Of a stretch of 64,000 nucleotides of DNA, positions 14,117 to 26,293 are shown one piece after another. Within the stretch, counting starts at the first letter, position 1, and each line of letters starts with the position of its first letter. The notes under the pieces are model-generated. The model ran no database searches and was not told the DNA's origin. It saw nothing but the letters and a program-made list of their open reading frames with translations. Both the position numbers and the translations under genes were made by a program. This DNA comes from Lingula anatina (taxonomy: Eukaryota > Animalia > Brachiopoda): the NCBI GenBank assembly GCA_051362555.1, contig CM120648.1, positions 17,108,587-17,172,586 on the forward strand. The letters are read 5' to 3'.

Positions 14117-17100
14117 TATCAAAAGAATAGGGCCACTGTACAACAGCTCTGCTGAGGTGAAATGAGCTGTGCCGTTCTATTTCTATTGGAAATCCGCCTG
14201 CTTGCACGCAATACCCCACAGGTCTGTTTGAGATGCCAGCAATTACAGATGAGGAGAACCGCTGCCTTCATTTGTTAAACACAAATTGGATCAGGGACAA
14301 TATTCACGTTGGTATTAATCCATAAACTTTACGTAATCGCTTCCGAAGGAGAGACATTATTCCCCAAGTAAAGTCTGATGACCGAATTGTTCCATAACCA
14401 ATTAGTTGCGTCATAAGGATGTGGATTGAGAGGTAATTTGGCAATCAAATATGTTTAAGGAGTACATTTTCTCCCAGTGGAGGTGATTGTCGAGCAGTTT
14501 GGTTTGTGCAATAAATTACTGTAATTTTGAATAAAAAAGGACGCGGAGATAGACGTTAAAGAGTGATTAGTCGTTTTTTTTTTACTAAACGAAAAACATG
14601 CCTTTGCTGTAAGTTGCATACATCTACAAATTTGTATTTAAGAAAATTGTATCTACAAAATTAAACATCCTTTGTATGTAACAAGAGACCGCGATCTGCG
14701 ACGGAGATGCATTGAAAACCATTGAACCTAACACCATGGGTATTTATTTGAAAAAGCAGAATATACAGAATACAGAACTGTGCGCCAAACGCTCCACCAG
14801 AATGTGAGAATGTTCCATTTCATATACCAGAAGAAGAAGTGGTTTTCAAAAACTAAGTACATGTATATGTATACGCACACTTAGGGAGGTTAAACCGCTT
14901 GACGCAGCTGCATTAAAAGCATAGGTCCTTTAAATTAAAAAATAATCGTTTACTGGTTTACATTTGTTAACACATGCTATATTGAATTATTTCTATTAAT
15001 TTACATCATGTACTCTTCTATTTTTATAAATCGTAATACTACCTTACGTATATATTACTAAAAGACTATACATATATAATGCATGTTTGTGAATAAAACT
15101 ACCTAGCAATCTGCTCGTAATGCATTCTGGTGCAAAACTATTTAAAAAATGCTTGCAAATGCCATAAAATGTGCAGTGTCCCCTTTTTCTTGAAAGGATA
15201 ACAATACATTGTAAACAACACATAGAACTATAACAAATTCGATTTTACCACTGAAACGGTAGTTATCGCAATTATTCTGGAAATTGCACTTGCTACACAG
15301 GGACCTTCATGGCAAAAAAAAAAAAAAAAAAAAAAAAAAATTGGATTGGATTCATAAATCCTTTGCTGCAATTTGCCCCAGGAAATCCATTTTATGGCAC
15401 TTAGCCATCTTAATTGTTATCCTTTCAATATATTTAATTAATACTAAATTATTGATATTTGAATAAGAATTCAAATGTTAAGAAATCAATTTTGCAACAT
15501 TTAAAGTGCGTGTACTTTAGTCGTCCTTTTTCAAGCAGTTCCAAGTTTTTTTTTAAATATTTTGGGGAAAAGCTTTGACTTCAGTTTCACTGTTTGCATT
15601 GGTCCATGTGTCGCAATTTTCGTTGTCAAAACAAATCCATCAACTTGTTAATTATACAAAGACAGTGCATATCTTTTGGAGTTTCTTTTATCTTGGTTAA
15701 AGTTTACGGTTTGTTTGCAGAAAATTGTGTAAACGCAATGCTACTGCTGTTATATACCTTGATTTAGTTGATTGTGTTGGACAGTGAGGCCACAGCGACG
15801 TCGACGACGCGGTCATTTCTATGTCGTCGGAGTTAATAGGCACAGTTACTCAACGCATTACACATTGTGTCTAAAGCTGATTTAAAATATGCATAACTAC
15901 TGACATGTGCCTTGCGTCCATTGATGAAGCTCTTATCCCAATCTTATGAAGTGAAAAGCCCATGTAAACCGAACGGAACGTTAACATCAGTAGGCACCTC
16001 TGCCCGGGCCAACTCCACCATAGTTTTGGCGTCCAATATCAGCAGGAAGTCCGGCTTTCCTTGACCAACGTCCGTTACTGCCGTGAGCACCACACCGCTG
16101 TCCTCATCGTTCCCGGCGGACGCTAGAGGGACAAAGACAGGCTCACTGGGGTACTGGGTGTGTGTGCCGCGCCATGCCACTTCCGTGCCGCTCTCCATAT
16201 CCACTTTAACTACGGCGTTTCGATAGCTGTGCTTCCCTGCGAACGAGCCCCAGCAATAGACGTACTGGTACTTCTTACCGTTGTAGCTGGCGTAGTTAAT
16301 TCGGGGAAGTTCCAGACCAGGTTTGCCTATCACGATGAACGTGCAATGGATGCTCCCGTCTGTCATGTCATACCGAGCTTCCATTCGGTTTCTGAAACGC
16401 TCCACGGTGATGAGATTCTCTTTCCTCGAGATCGCGTCGGATGTCGGTTTCAAAGGCAGCACGAAGCGACGGACCTCCGGTAAAGTGTGTTCGGGGAACA
16501 CTTCGTCCGAAAACAACCTGCTTTCAGGATCTAAATTCTTCAGATAGAAGGCGTCAATGATGCTTGGGTCACTGTACCCGCACAGGTCTATTATCAAGTG
16601 GTCCTCCTCTTCATAAGCGTTGATATGATGGAAGACGAAGAAGGGGTCCGCAGTGAACAGTTGTGCTACCTCCTCATTGGTCTTTCGATTGACCAATCGG
16701 AACCGTGCTTTGATTGTTGGGTACCATTCCATAGCTTCTTGAACGCTCTTTCTGGTCACCTTCATTGTCATCAGTTTCAGCACGTTCATGCCCAAAGGCT
16801 GCTCGACGAGCGCGTGGTAGTTTTCCGACATTGCAAAGCTGTGGAAATATGTTGGGAACGCTTTGAACTGGCCGAAAATCTTGGCAAGAATTTCTGGTTG
16901 GGGTTTATCTTCAGCTGGTTTGGGACCTTCGTTGTTGGTTATCACGTCTAAACGTGGTGGAATCTTGGACAAGTAGTAGGACGGCCTCCCGCCATACAAC
17001 GTACCAAAGTTGTAGAAATTTCCCTCGGCGTCTATGTGCGGGTGTGCAGGAGTGGCCACACTGATAAGTCGCGACATGTCGATCCTCTTCTCCGTTGTTG

Positions 17101-17289
17101 TCAAAGTCTTTGGGTCCAACTTGGTCCAGTACTTAGTTTCAGTAATGGCGAGCAAGGCGTCCTCGCAGGGAAGAAGGTTGACAGATGGATTATCAGTTAT
17201 TCTGTCGTCGGAGAAGTAGGAAAAATACCTGGAGAATATGTTCTTACACGGATCCGGGAGCGAACAGTACCGAATCCGGAGTGGAGGAT

Positions 17290-17530
17290 ACAGTTTGTTG
17301 ACATGGCTTTGGTATAGGCCTCACTCTCAATATATCTGAAAGACAAATAATATAATGTGTTAACAAGTTTTGGTTTAGGCTTCACTCTCAACATATCTGA
17401 AAGACAAATAATGCTGTTTGTTGACATGGTTTTGGTATAGACTTCACTCTCAACATATCTGAAAGACAAACGATACAGTTTGTTGACATGGTTTTGTATA
17501 GGCTTTACTCGAAATGCATCTGAAAGATAA
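17290..17530. repeat. ~61-bp tandem repeat (about 4 copies) of the BCO exon-3 splice acceptor plus first codons, copy A only
   Basis: Repeated gtttgttgacatgg..ttggtatag..ttcactctcaa.atatctgaaagacaaa. Confidence 0.85.
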
Positions 17531-18351
17531 GCAACGCATAAAGATATGTGAACAGCAACGCCTTAGTATAAGTTACACTCTCAATACAAACGAAAATCAA
17601 AGTTGTTGCCTGTTTCCACATGTCCTTCACCTTGCTCGCACACATCACAACTGGTCAATCAGTCGAGTGAACGAGAACCACGGCTTCAATATAATATATC
17701 AATAAATAAATATACTTGAAGAAATAAATAAGGACCGATTAATTTCCAAGAAACAGAAAACAAGATGCAGTCCACTCTCTATGTACATTGCCTTTCTTTA
17801 GCCATCGTGCCATTCAATCTTTAAGGTAACAGAGAGAATAATATATATTTTGGATGGTTGTGATCAAGTTTCATAAAGTTTAAAAGAAAAAAAAAACTTT
17901 GAGTTGAGCCTTAATCCCTAGTATTTAAAAAACACAGTTTATGTTCTAATCTGTTTCTCTAAATCCAGTGTAAATAATTTCCTTGGTTATACTAATTTTT
18001 GTTACAGTGCATGACTAAACTGCACCATAACCGTCTACATCTTCAGACAAACAAAATTTCAAACATAAGTAAACATTAGAAACATTTTATCATTACTTAC
18101 TTGCTGTGAAATTGTACGGTGCCCTGTTCTATGGTGAAGCTATAGACCATTGCCAGACCATCAAAGAAATGGCGCATCCTGTAATTCCCCACTTCAAACT
18201 TGGCTGGAGCAACACGATGTAGAGAGCCGCTGAGATCCGCAGGGACTGTGCCTGAAACGAAGCAATGTCAGTTTTCAAAACAACCAAGGTACCAAGGTAG
18301 ATTTACGTCGAGATCAGTGCTCTTATTTCGTTTATAATAATCAGTTTAATA

Positions 18352-18354
18352 TGT

Positions 18355-18385
<31 letters not shown>

Positions 18386-18431
18386 CGAGAGAGAGAGAGA
18401 GAGAGAGAGTGAGAGAGAAAGAGAGAGAGAG
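18352..18431. repeat. (GT)n(GA)n microsatellite in BCO intron (paralog 26258-26345)
   Basis: Direct observation. Confidence 0.92.
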
Positions 18432-18752
18432 GGGCTCGTATTTTTACCCTTAATAACGGTCTTCACTGGCGGTGTTGCCTCGCAATTCATCTTAATAAGG
18501 GGGTCATCCTTGCTGGCCATATTGGTCAGTTTTAGTCTACGTCACGACCAGACGTCAAAGCAATGAGGATGTCTTCTTTCAGGATCTGAATAAGATTTCG
18601 AATGTTACAATCAAAAAGCGTTACAACTATCAAAATTAATGACATAGTTGATAATACATGTAGTACAATATATTTAATTGTACATCATAATGAGGGACTA
18701 CTATTCCTGTACATTGCGTTTTTGAGACAAAAGCTTGTTATTTATTTATTTA

Positions 18753-19721
18753 GGGGAGACCGGGGGTAGTCGGACCCCAGGGTAAGTTGCCCCCCCCCCC
18801 CCCGTCAATTTATGAAAAAGTAACTACGAGGTGAAAAAAATGGCCACATGTTCTTTTAAAGTGACCGTAGCCTACAATGCTAAGGAAGTGTCGGACGTTT
18901 AAAAGTTTTGCTTCAGCGGTGAGTCAAAATAAACGATTCTTGCACCTATAAGTAATTTTGTTTAAGAGATTTAAAAATCTATTTTCATAGGCTTTTGATC
19001 GAAGATAATATATGTATAGGGCATCAAACTGAAGCTCATTGTTTGAAGTTTCACAGAGATGGATCATCGTTGCTCATTCTAGCACCATAAATGGCTGCCA
19101 TCCTTTAAAATAAAAAGTGTGCATCCGGGGCTAGTTGGCCCCCTTGACTCGGACAAGTTGGACCTTCATATTACCCACAAACCTTTGCGCGAAACAGAGC
19201 TAGAGACCATTGTTGAAACAAACTCAATGGTTTAAAACTGAATTTGTAACTTTCTTTTAAAGCGAAAATGTATTATTCGTTTTCATTCATTAAAAACCTG
19301 CTTTATACCATTATTAATTTATTTTTTATTAAAACAAAACAAATTTATTGATAGATATTTTGGTTCTTGCAACACATAGCCCCCCCCTACAACGTGACGT
19401 TCAGAAACCTCAATAAATCTGCCTCATTTGAACTATTTATTCATCAAAGACTCTCAAAAATCAATTTAATAAATTTGAAAAAAATTGTATAAAAAAAGTA
19501 TTTTCAAGGCGTTTACACGGGTTATTTACTTCATTTTGCAATTTGGCCCCCTGACGTCAACTGCATTTTTTTTTTTTTGTCAAATTGTGAGCCATCTGGC
19601 AATATGTATTTGAAAAATAATGACGTTACATACGTAGCTTGGTTCACTAACTCTAACTCATTCCTAGTTGGCTCTACAAGGCCAAAAGTGTCTGACTGGG
19701 CCAACTAGCCCCGGTCTCCCC
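18753..19721. mobile_element. ~970-bp non-autonomous TIR element (TA TSD) in BCO copy A only
   Basis: ta|ggggagaccggggg...ccccggtctcccc|ta; absent at the equivalent site ~26680 in unit B. Confidence 0.88.
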
Positions 19722-20156
19722 TATTTATTTATTTATTTACTTATTTATGTATTTATTTGGAGTACTATGATAATGTTACTCCAACTGTCAATTGTACATT
19801 GTAATGGAACGTTAATTCGTTTTTAGACAAAAAAAAAACTTGTTAATCCATTTTTATTTATCTTTTTATTTACATTTGCAGTATTGTTCTACTTTCAGAC
19901 ATACAGGTATGTGACCTACATTGCACTTACGCAAAATCATCAAAACTCCCCCCCCCCCCGTACCCCTATAGCATTCACGTAGAAAAGGGCTTATACATTA
20001 TTATCCCAGGCTCACAATTGGGCTGCGTTAACGCTTTTTTTAGTCCAAATTAAATCTGGTGCAGAGAATTGGTGTATTCACGTTCCTCCCCATATGCCGT
20101 CCTGGGCCAATGCCTGACACGACGGAACAGAACTGCGTAGTTACCAACTGTGACAA

Positions 20157-20386
20157 GGCGTGACAGGAATAGTAGTCCTTCAGGAACCGTAGTCTGTTCC
20201 CCATTATACTTTGTACAGGTGACATTCGACTAACTTAACCTGTAGTAATCATATGGGAGCCCGGACTTCCAATCATTGGACTATACCATTTCTGTCACAC
20301 CGACTATGTAGAGTAATCCTAATCTGTAAGATGACCGCACGCGACCCCGGGATTTCATTCCAAGGACTGCCATTCCTGTCACACCA
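20157..20386. mobile_element. Ginger1-like MITE with duplicated right end; paralog at ~27166-27403 predates the duplication
   Basis: tgacaggaatagtagtcc...ccatttctgtcacaccg, followed by a second cattcctgtcacacc. Confidence 0.6.
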
Positions 20387-20617
20387 GTTGTGTGGAGGGG
20401 GGGGGGGGATGCGGGGCACAGTCAGCGTTTATTTGTATAATCTGTTGCGGTGAACGCTAGTTCTAGATCTCAAAGAATTTGAACAGTGCTACGCATTCAT
20501 TTCACATGACCATATAACAAGGTGCACCTAAGCGAGGCTTATTGGTAATAAAAATAAATAAGGACACAACCTTGCCCTTTGAAATTGCCTTTTATATAAT
20601 AAATTAAAATACAATAC

Positions 20618-20845
20618 CTGTTTACAGTATTCTTAGCTGCCTTTATAAGAATATTAAATGTGGAAACAGCTGTGGACTGACGGCATATCAACAGCGAGGG
20701 CAGCGCACATTGATGTTCTGAAGTTCTCGTTAGCGAGGACGGCGGAAAGCGTCTCTCTAGACAAGAGGTGGGTAAACGCTTCTCTGTTACACAAGGGTCG
20801 ACGCCTTTTTTGATGCGAGGCCAGCGATATAGCACTACCTGCAAC
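20618..20845 (-). other. Putative 5' UTR exon of BCO copy A
   Basis: Branch/pyrimidine acceptor cctgacatgacctctctccag| and donor AAACAG|gtattg; both sites conserved in copy B. Confidence 0.45.
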
Positions 20846-21231
20846 CTGGAGAGAGGTCATGTCAGGACACAAGATGGAGAACATATTAGGCCAGTAAACG
20901 AGCATATTTTCCTCTATGTGCCATCTCAGGCGCGCATTGTTCTGTATTGTTTTCATAACCTTTGCGTATTAGGGGAAATAAGAGACAGAGAAAGTTATGT
21001 AGTAACCAAACAACATGTGTGAAGCAGTGATGTCAGAAAAATATCCACATTTCTTTTGTGGAAAATCCCAGGCTTAAAGTGAGGGTCCCTTTTTTTTTGT
21101 GTGTGTGGGGGGGGGGGGGGGGGAGGAGGGGGTTTGTGATCACTGTTTGCCAAATAAAAATCAATGCACAAATGACATTAAATGAAATTAATACCACTCT
21201 AAAAATGAGAGTTGCAAATCACAAATCACCA

Positions 21232-21430
21232 TCGCTAAATTGCTCTCAACTTAAGCGGCTTAGATGTTTGGCATGCGTACTGAAGCTTCTAAACGATGAT
21301 TAATTACCCCCTAGCAGCTTCAGCAGGCGTGACAGACATCTAAGCCGCTTAAGTTGATTGAATTTAGCGAGAAATCCTCCAGGAGACAGTTCGATCCATT
21401 GTCAGTACGACAGGGTCTGGGAATAGTCCC
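21232..21430 (+). mobile_element. 5'-truncated family P MITE at the duplication junction
   Basis: Begins abruptly at tcgctaaattgct, an internal position of the element. Confidence 0.8.
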
Positions 21431-21685
21431 ATAGATATTTTACTTGAATAACATGACGCTGATGTTTCTTGTATGGGGCTTAAAGGCTTCCAGTCGATGC
21501 ATCATCAATTTCTGGTGCGGAAGTGCCAGCAATAAAAAATTACTTTCTAGATCAAAAAGTAAATTACTTCCTCGTATAAGTTTACTGTTGAACTACGCAC
21601 GCTTCAAAACCAGATCACAACGCGGCCCACGGCTGTTTCCAATATACATGGGTCCACCTTACTTACTAACCTATTATTATTAGTT

Positions 21686-21920
21686 CAGTGGCAGATTTAG
21701 GGGAAGGGTCAGGGGGGTCCTGACCCCCAACTCTTTGATTTCTGAAAACACAATGGCCCCTCTTAAAATTAGAATTTTAACTAGATTAATCATATTTCTA
21801 ATCTGTAGCAAATGGCACCGTTCCCATTCTAAAATACCAACAATTTTTCGCGGCCCTTCAGCAGGCCCCGAAGCCCGCGCCCCCCCCCCCCCCCTTCAAA
21901 TTATCCCGGACCGGCCCCTG
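21686..21920. mobile_element. hAT-like MITE (paralog ~13458-13696)
   Basis: cagtggcagatttagg...ccggcccctg with near-8-bp TSD tattagtt / tataagtt. Confidence 0.6.
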
Positions 21921-23971
21921 TATAAGTTCAACGTAAGTCGTCGATATGATGATAAGAACGATAAGATGGGGCACTGGTCGGGCTACTGGTGACCATTCCT
22001 GGCCGTATGATCAGGCGATCAGTCCAGCGAATGAGACCGCAACGTCGGTCAGTTGCTAAATGTAAACTCCAGTATCAGAGTTATTCATATTCTTCATAAT
22101 AGTAAACAACTATTAAATGGATAGGGCTACTGTACAACAGCTCTGCTGAGGTGAAATGAGCTGTGCTGTTCTATTTCTACTGGAAATCCGCTTGCTCGCA
22201 CGCAATACCCCACAGGTCTGTTTGAAGCGATGCCAGCAATTACAGATGAGGAGAACCGCTGCCGTCATTTGTTTAACACAAATTGGATCAGGGACAATAT
22301 TCACGTTGGTATTAATCCATAAACTTTACGTAATCGCTTCCGAAGGAGAGACATTATTTCTCAAGTAAAGTCTGATGACCGAATTGTTCCATAACCAATT
22401 AGTTGCGTCATAAGGATGTGGATTGAGAGGTAATTTGGCAATCAAATATGTTTAAGGAGTACATTTTCTCCCAGTGGAGGTGATTGTCGAGCAGTTTGGA
22501 TTGTGCAATAAATTGCTGCAATTTTGTATAAAAAGGGACGCGGAGATAGACGTTAAAGAGTGATTTGTCGTTTTTTTACTAAAAGAAAGTCATGCTTTTG
22601 CTTTAAGTTGCATGCAGCTGTAAATTCATATTAAAAAATTGTATCTGCAAAATAAAACATCCTTTGTATGTAATAAGAGACCGCGATCTGCGACGGAGAT
22701 ACATTGAAAACCATTGAACCTAACACCACGGGCTTTTATTTGAAAAAAAGCAGAATATACAGGATACAGAACTATGCGCCAAACACTCTACCAGAATGTG
22801 AGAATGTTCCCTGTCATACACCAGAAGCAGAAGTGGTTTTCAAAAACTTTGTATATGTATATGTACATGTATATGTATAAACACATCTATGGTGGTTAAA
22901 CCCCTTGGCTCAACTGCTTTAAAAGGATATGTCCTTTGGATTAAAAAATACAAACGTTCACTGGTTTATATGCGTTGTCACATGTAAAATTGAATAAAGG
23001 ATAAAGGGAAGATTGTTAAATGTCAAGGTCAACCCTCGACACCCTTTCTGTTGATTTACATCATATACCTTTCTATTGATATATATCATATAACTATCTA
23101 CTCATATATATTATACAGTTATCTAATGTAATGTATGTGCTGCAGCTATCGATCAATCCGATTTAATGCATTATGGTGGAAAAATACAGAAATGATTGCA
23201 AATGCCACAAATTGTGCAGTGTCCCTTTTTTCTTAAAATAATAACAGCTCTTTATACGAGATTCAATAGTCCACAATAAGTACGTTGTAAACAATACATA
23301 GAACTATTTATTAATTTTACCACAAAAACGGCGGCCATCGCAATTATTATGGATTTATTCTGCTTGTCACACAGGATCCTTTGTGGCAAAAAAAAAAAAA
23401 AAAAAAAGAAAAATTAATTTTATGGCACTTAACCACCAGAACAGTTGTTAACCCTTCAATATATTTCATTTCATTTTATTAATATATGAACAATATTTAA
23501 AGTAGCGTGTACTTTAGTCGTCCTTTTTCAAGCAGTTCCAATTTTTTTTTTTTTTAATATTTTTGGGGAAAGCTTTGACTTCAGTTTCACTGTTTGCATT
23601 GGTCCATGTGTCGCAATTTTCGTTGTCAAAACAAATCCATCAACTTGTTAATTATATAAAGACAGTGCATATCTTTTGGAGTTTCTTTTTCCTTGGTTAA
23701 AGTTTACGGTTTGTTTGCAGAAAATTGTGTAAACGCAATGCTACTGCTGTTATATACCTTGATTTAGTTGATTGTGTTGGACAGTGAGGGCAACGAGATC
23801 AGTCACGGTGGCACTGCCACAGCGACGTCGACGACGCGGTCATTTCTATGTCGTCGGAGTTAATAGGCACAGTTACTCAACGCATCTAAAAATTGTCTCT
23901 AAAGCTTATTTAAAATATCCATAACTACTGACATGTGCCTTGTTTCCATTGATGAAGCTCTCCCCCCATTC

Positions 23972-25364
23972 TTAAGAAGTGAAAAGCCCATGTAAACCGA
24001 ACGGAACGCTAACATCAGTAGGCACCTCTGCCCGGGCCAACTCCACCATAGTTTTGGCGTCCAATATCAGCAGGAAGTCCGGCTTTCCTTGACCAACGTC
24101 CGTTACTGCCGCGAGCACCACACCGCTGTCCTCATCACTCCCGGCGGACGCTAGAGGGACAAAGACAGGCTCACTGGGGTACTGGGTGTAGGTGCCGCGC
24201 CATGCCACTTCCGTGCCGCTCTCCATATCCACTTTAACTACGGCATTTCGATAGCTGTGCTTCCCTGCGAACGAGCCCCAACAATAGACGTACTGGTACT
24301 TCTTACCGTTGTAGCTGGTGTAGTTAATTCGGGGAAGTTCCAGACCAGGTTTGCCTATCACGATGAACGTGCAATGGATGCTCCCGTCTGTCATGTCACG
24401 CCGAGCTTCCATTCGATTTCTGAAACGCTCCACGGTGATGAGATTCTCTTTCCTCGAGATCGCGTCGGATGTCGGTTTCAAAGGCAGCACGTAGCGACGG
24501 ACCTCCGGCAAAGTGTTTTCGGGGAACACTTCGTCCGAAAACAACCCGCTTTCAGGATCTAAATTCTTCAGATAGAAGGCGTCAATGATGCTCGGGTCAT
24601 TGTACCCGCACAGGTCTATTATCAAGTGATCCTCCTCTTCATAAGCGTTGATATGATGGAAGACGAAGAAGGGGTCCGCAGTGAACAGTTGTGCTACCTC
24701 CTCATTGGTCTTTCGATTGACCAATCGGAACCGTGCTTTGATGTTTGGATACCATTCCATTGCCTCTTGATAGCTCTTTCTGGTCACCTTCCTTGCCATC
24801 AAGTTCAGCACGTTCATGCCCAAAGGCTGCTCGACGAGCGCGTGGTAGTTCTCCGACATTGCAAAGCTGTGGAAATATGTTGGGAACGCTTTGAACTGGC
24901 CGAAAATCTTGGCAAGAATTTCTGGTTGGGGTTTATCTTCATCTGGTTTGGGACCTTCGTTGTTGGTAATCACGTCTAAACGTGGTGGAATCTTGGACAA
25001 GCAGTAGGACGGCCTCCCGCCATACAACGTACCAAAGTTATAGAAATTTCCCTCGGCGTCTATGTGCGGGTGTGCAGGAGTGGCCACACTGATAAGTCGC
25101 GACATGTCGATCCTCTTCTCCGTTGTTGTCAAAGTCTTTGGGTCCAACTTGGTCCAGTACTTAGTTTCAGTAATGGCGAGCAAGGCGTTCTCGCAGGGAA
25201 GAAGGTTGACAGATGGGTTATCAGTTATTCTGTCGTCGGAGAAGTAGGCAAAATACCTGGAGAATATGTTCTTACAGGGATCCGGGAAGCAAGCAGTACC
25301 AAATTCTGAGTAGACGATACAGTTGGCCGACATGGCTTTGGTATAGGCTTCACTCTCAATATAT
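23972..25364 (-). CDS. BCO: BCO copy B, terminal coding exon (1393 nt)
   Basis: Acceptor tttcag|ATATATTGAG at 25364; ORF 23972..25384 ends in GLHGLFTS*. Confidence 0.93.
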
Positions 25365-26254
25365 CTGAAATATGAACAACGCATAAATATATATATGAAC
25401 TGCAGTACCTTAATATGGGCGTCACTCCTGTTATACGCATCTATCGATCTATCTATCTATCTATCTATCTTTCTATATGTATAGATAGATAGATAGATGG
25501 ACACAAAAGTTGTTCTGTCTCCACGTGTCCTTCACCTTGCTCGCACACATTACAACTGGTACCAACCGTGTACTACTGTATTACGGCTTCAATATCATAA
25601 ATAAATAACTACAGTTTTGCGTTGAACAAATAAACGAAAAAGAACAATTAATTTCCAGAAAACAATCTGCAGCCCACTCTCTACATTGCCCTTGTTAATA
25701 GCCATTCTGTCATTCTATCTTTATAGTAACAGACAGAAATACTGTACGTTATGGATGCATAGTTGTGATAAATTTTCACGAAGTTAAAGAGAAAAGAAGC
25801 CATGAGTTTGACCTTAATTCAACATATCTAAACAAACATTATTTTCCTTTCGATCTGTTTCTCTGAAGTCCAGTGTAAAATATTTGCCTGGTTATGCTAA
25901 TCTTTGTTACAGTACATGTTTGAACTGCACCATGGCCGTTTTCTTTTCCAGACAAAAAATCTTTAAAAACTGAAAAATGTTATAGAAAACAGTTCACCAT
26001 GACTTACTTGCTTTGAAATAGTACGGTGCCCTGTTCTATGGTGAAGCTATACACCATTGCCAGACCATCAAAGAAATGGCGCATCCTGTAATTCCCCACT
26101 TCAAACTTGGCTGGAGCAACACGATGTAGAGAGCCGCTGAGATCCGCAGGGACTGTGCCTGAAACGAAGCAATGTCAGTTTTCAAACAACCAAGGTACCA
26201 AGGTAAATTTACGTCGAGATCAGTGCTCTTATTTTGTTCATAATAATAAGTTTA

Positions 26255-26293
<39 letters not shown>

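Larger units (their letters stand above)
15944..18520 (-). pseudogene. BCO: Carotenoid oxygenase copy A, frameshifted; exons 18448-18520, 18101-18251, 15944-17335
   Basis: Same exon structure as copy B, but the last exon is 1392 vs 1393 nt: 1-nt deletion near 17259 (tccggga-gcgaac vs tccgggaagcaagc). The shifted frame stops at 17197. The downstream ORF 15944..17155 is nearly identical to copy B. An assembly error cannot be excluded. Confidence 0.8.

Noticed and set aside
16160-17317. Plus-strand ORFs overlapping BCO (also 24257-25309) and antisense ORFs over CHS
   Set aside because: Antisense shadows of GC-richer coding exons.
17290-17530. CRISPR-like regularly spaced repeats (also 41814-42302)
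   Set aside because: No unique spacers, eukaryotic context, no cas genes.
20839-20884. Alternative BCO first coding exon MFSILCPDMTSLQVAG|gtagtg (MSSILCPDMASLQAAG in copy B), phase-compatible with exon 2
   Set aside because: The exon at 18448-18520 / 26360-26432 is closer and matches the BCO N-terminus better; this segment looks more like an acceptor region.
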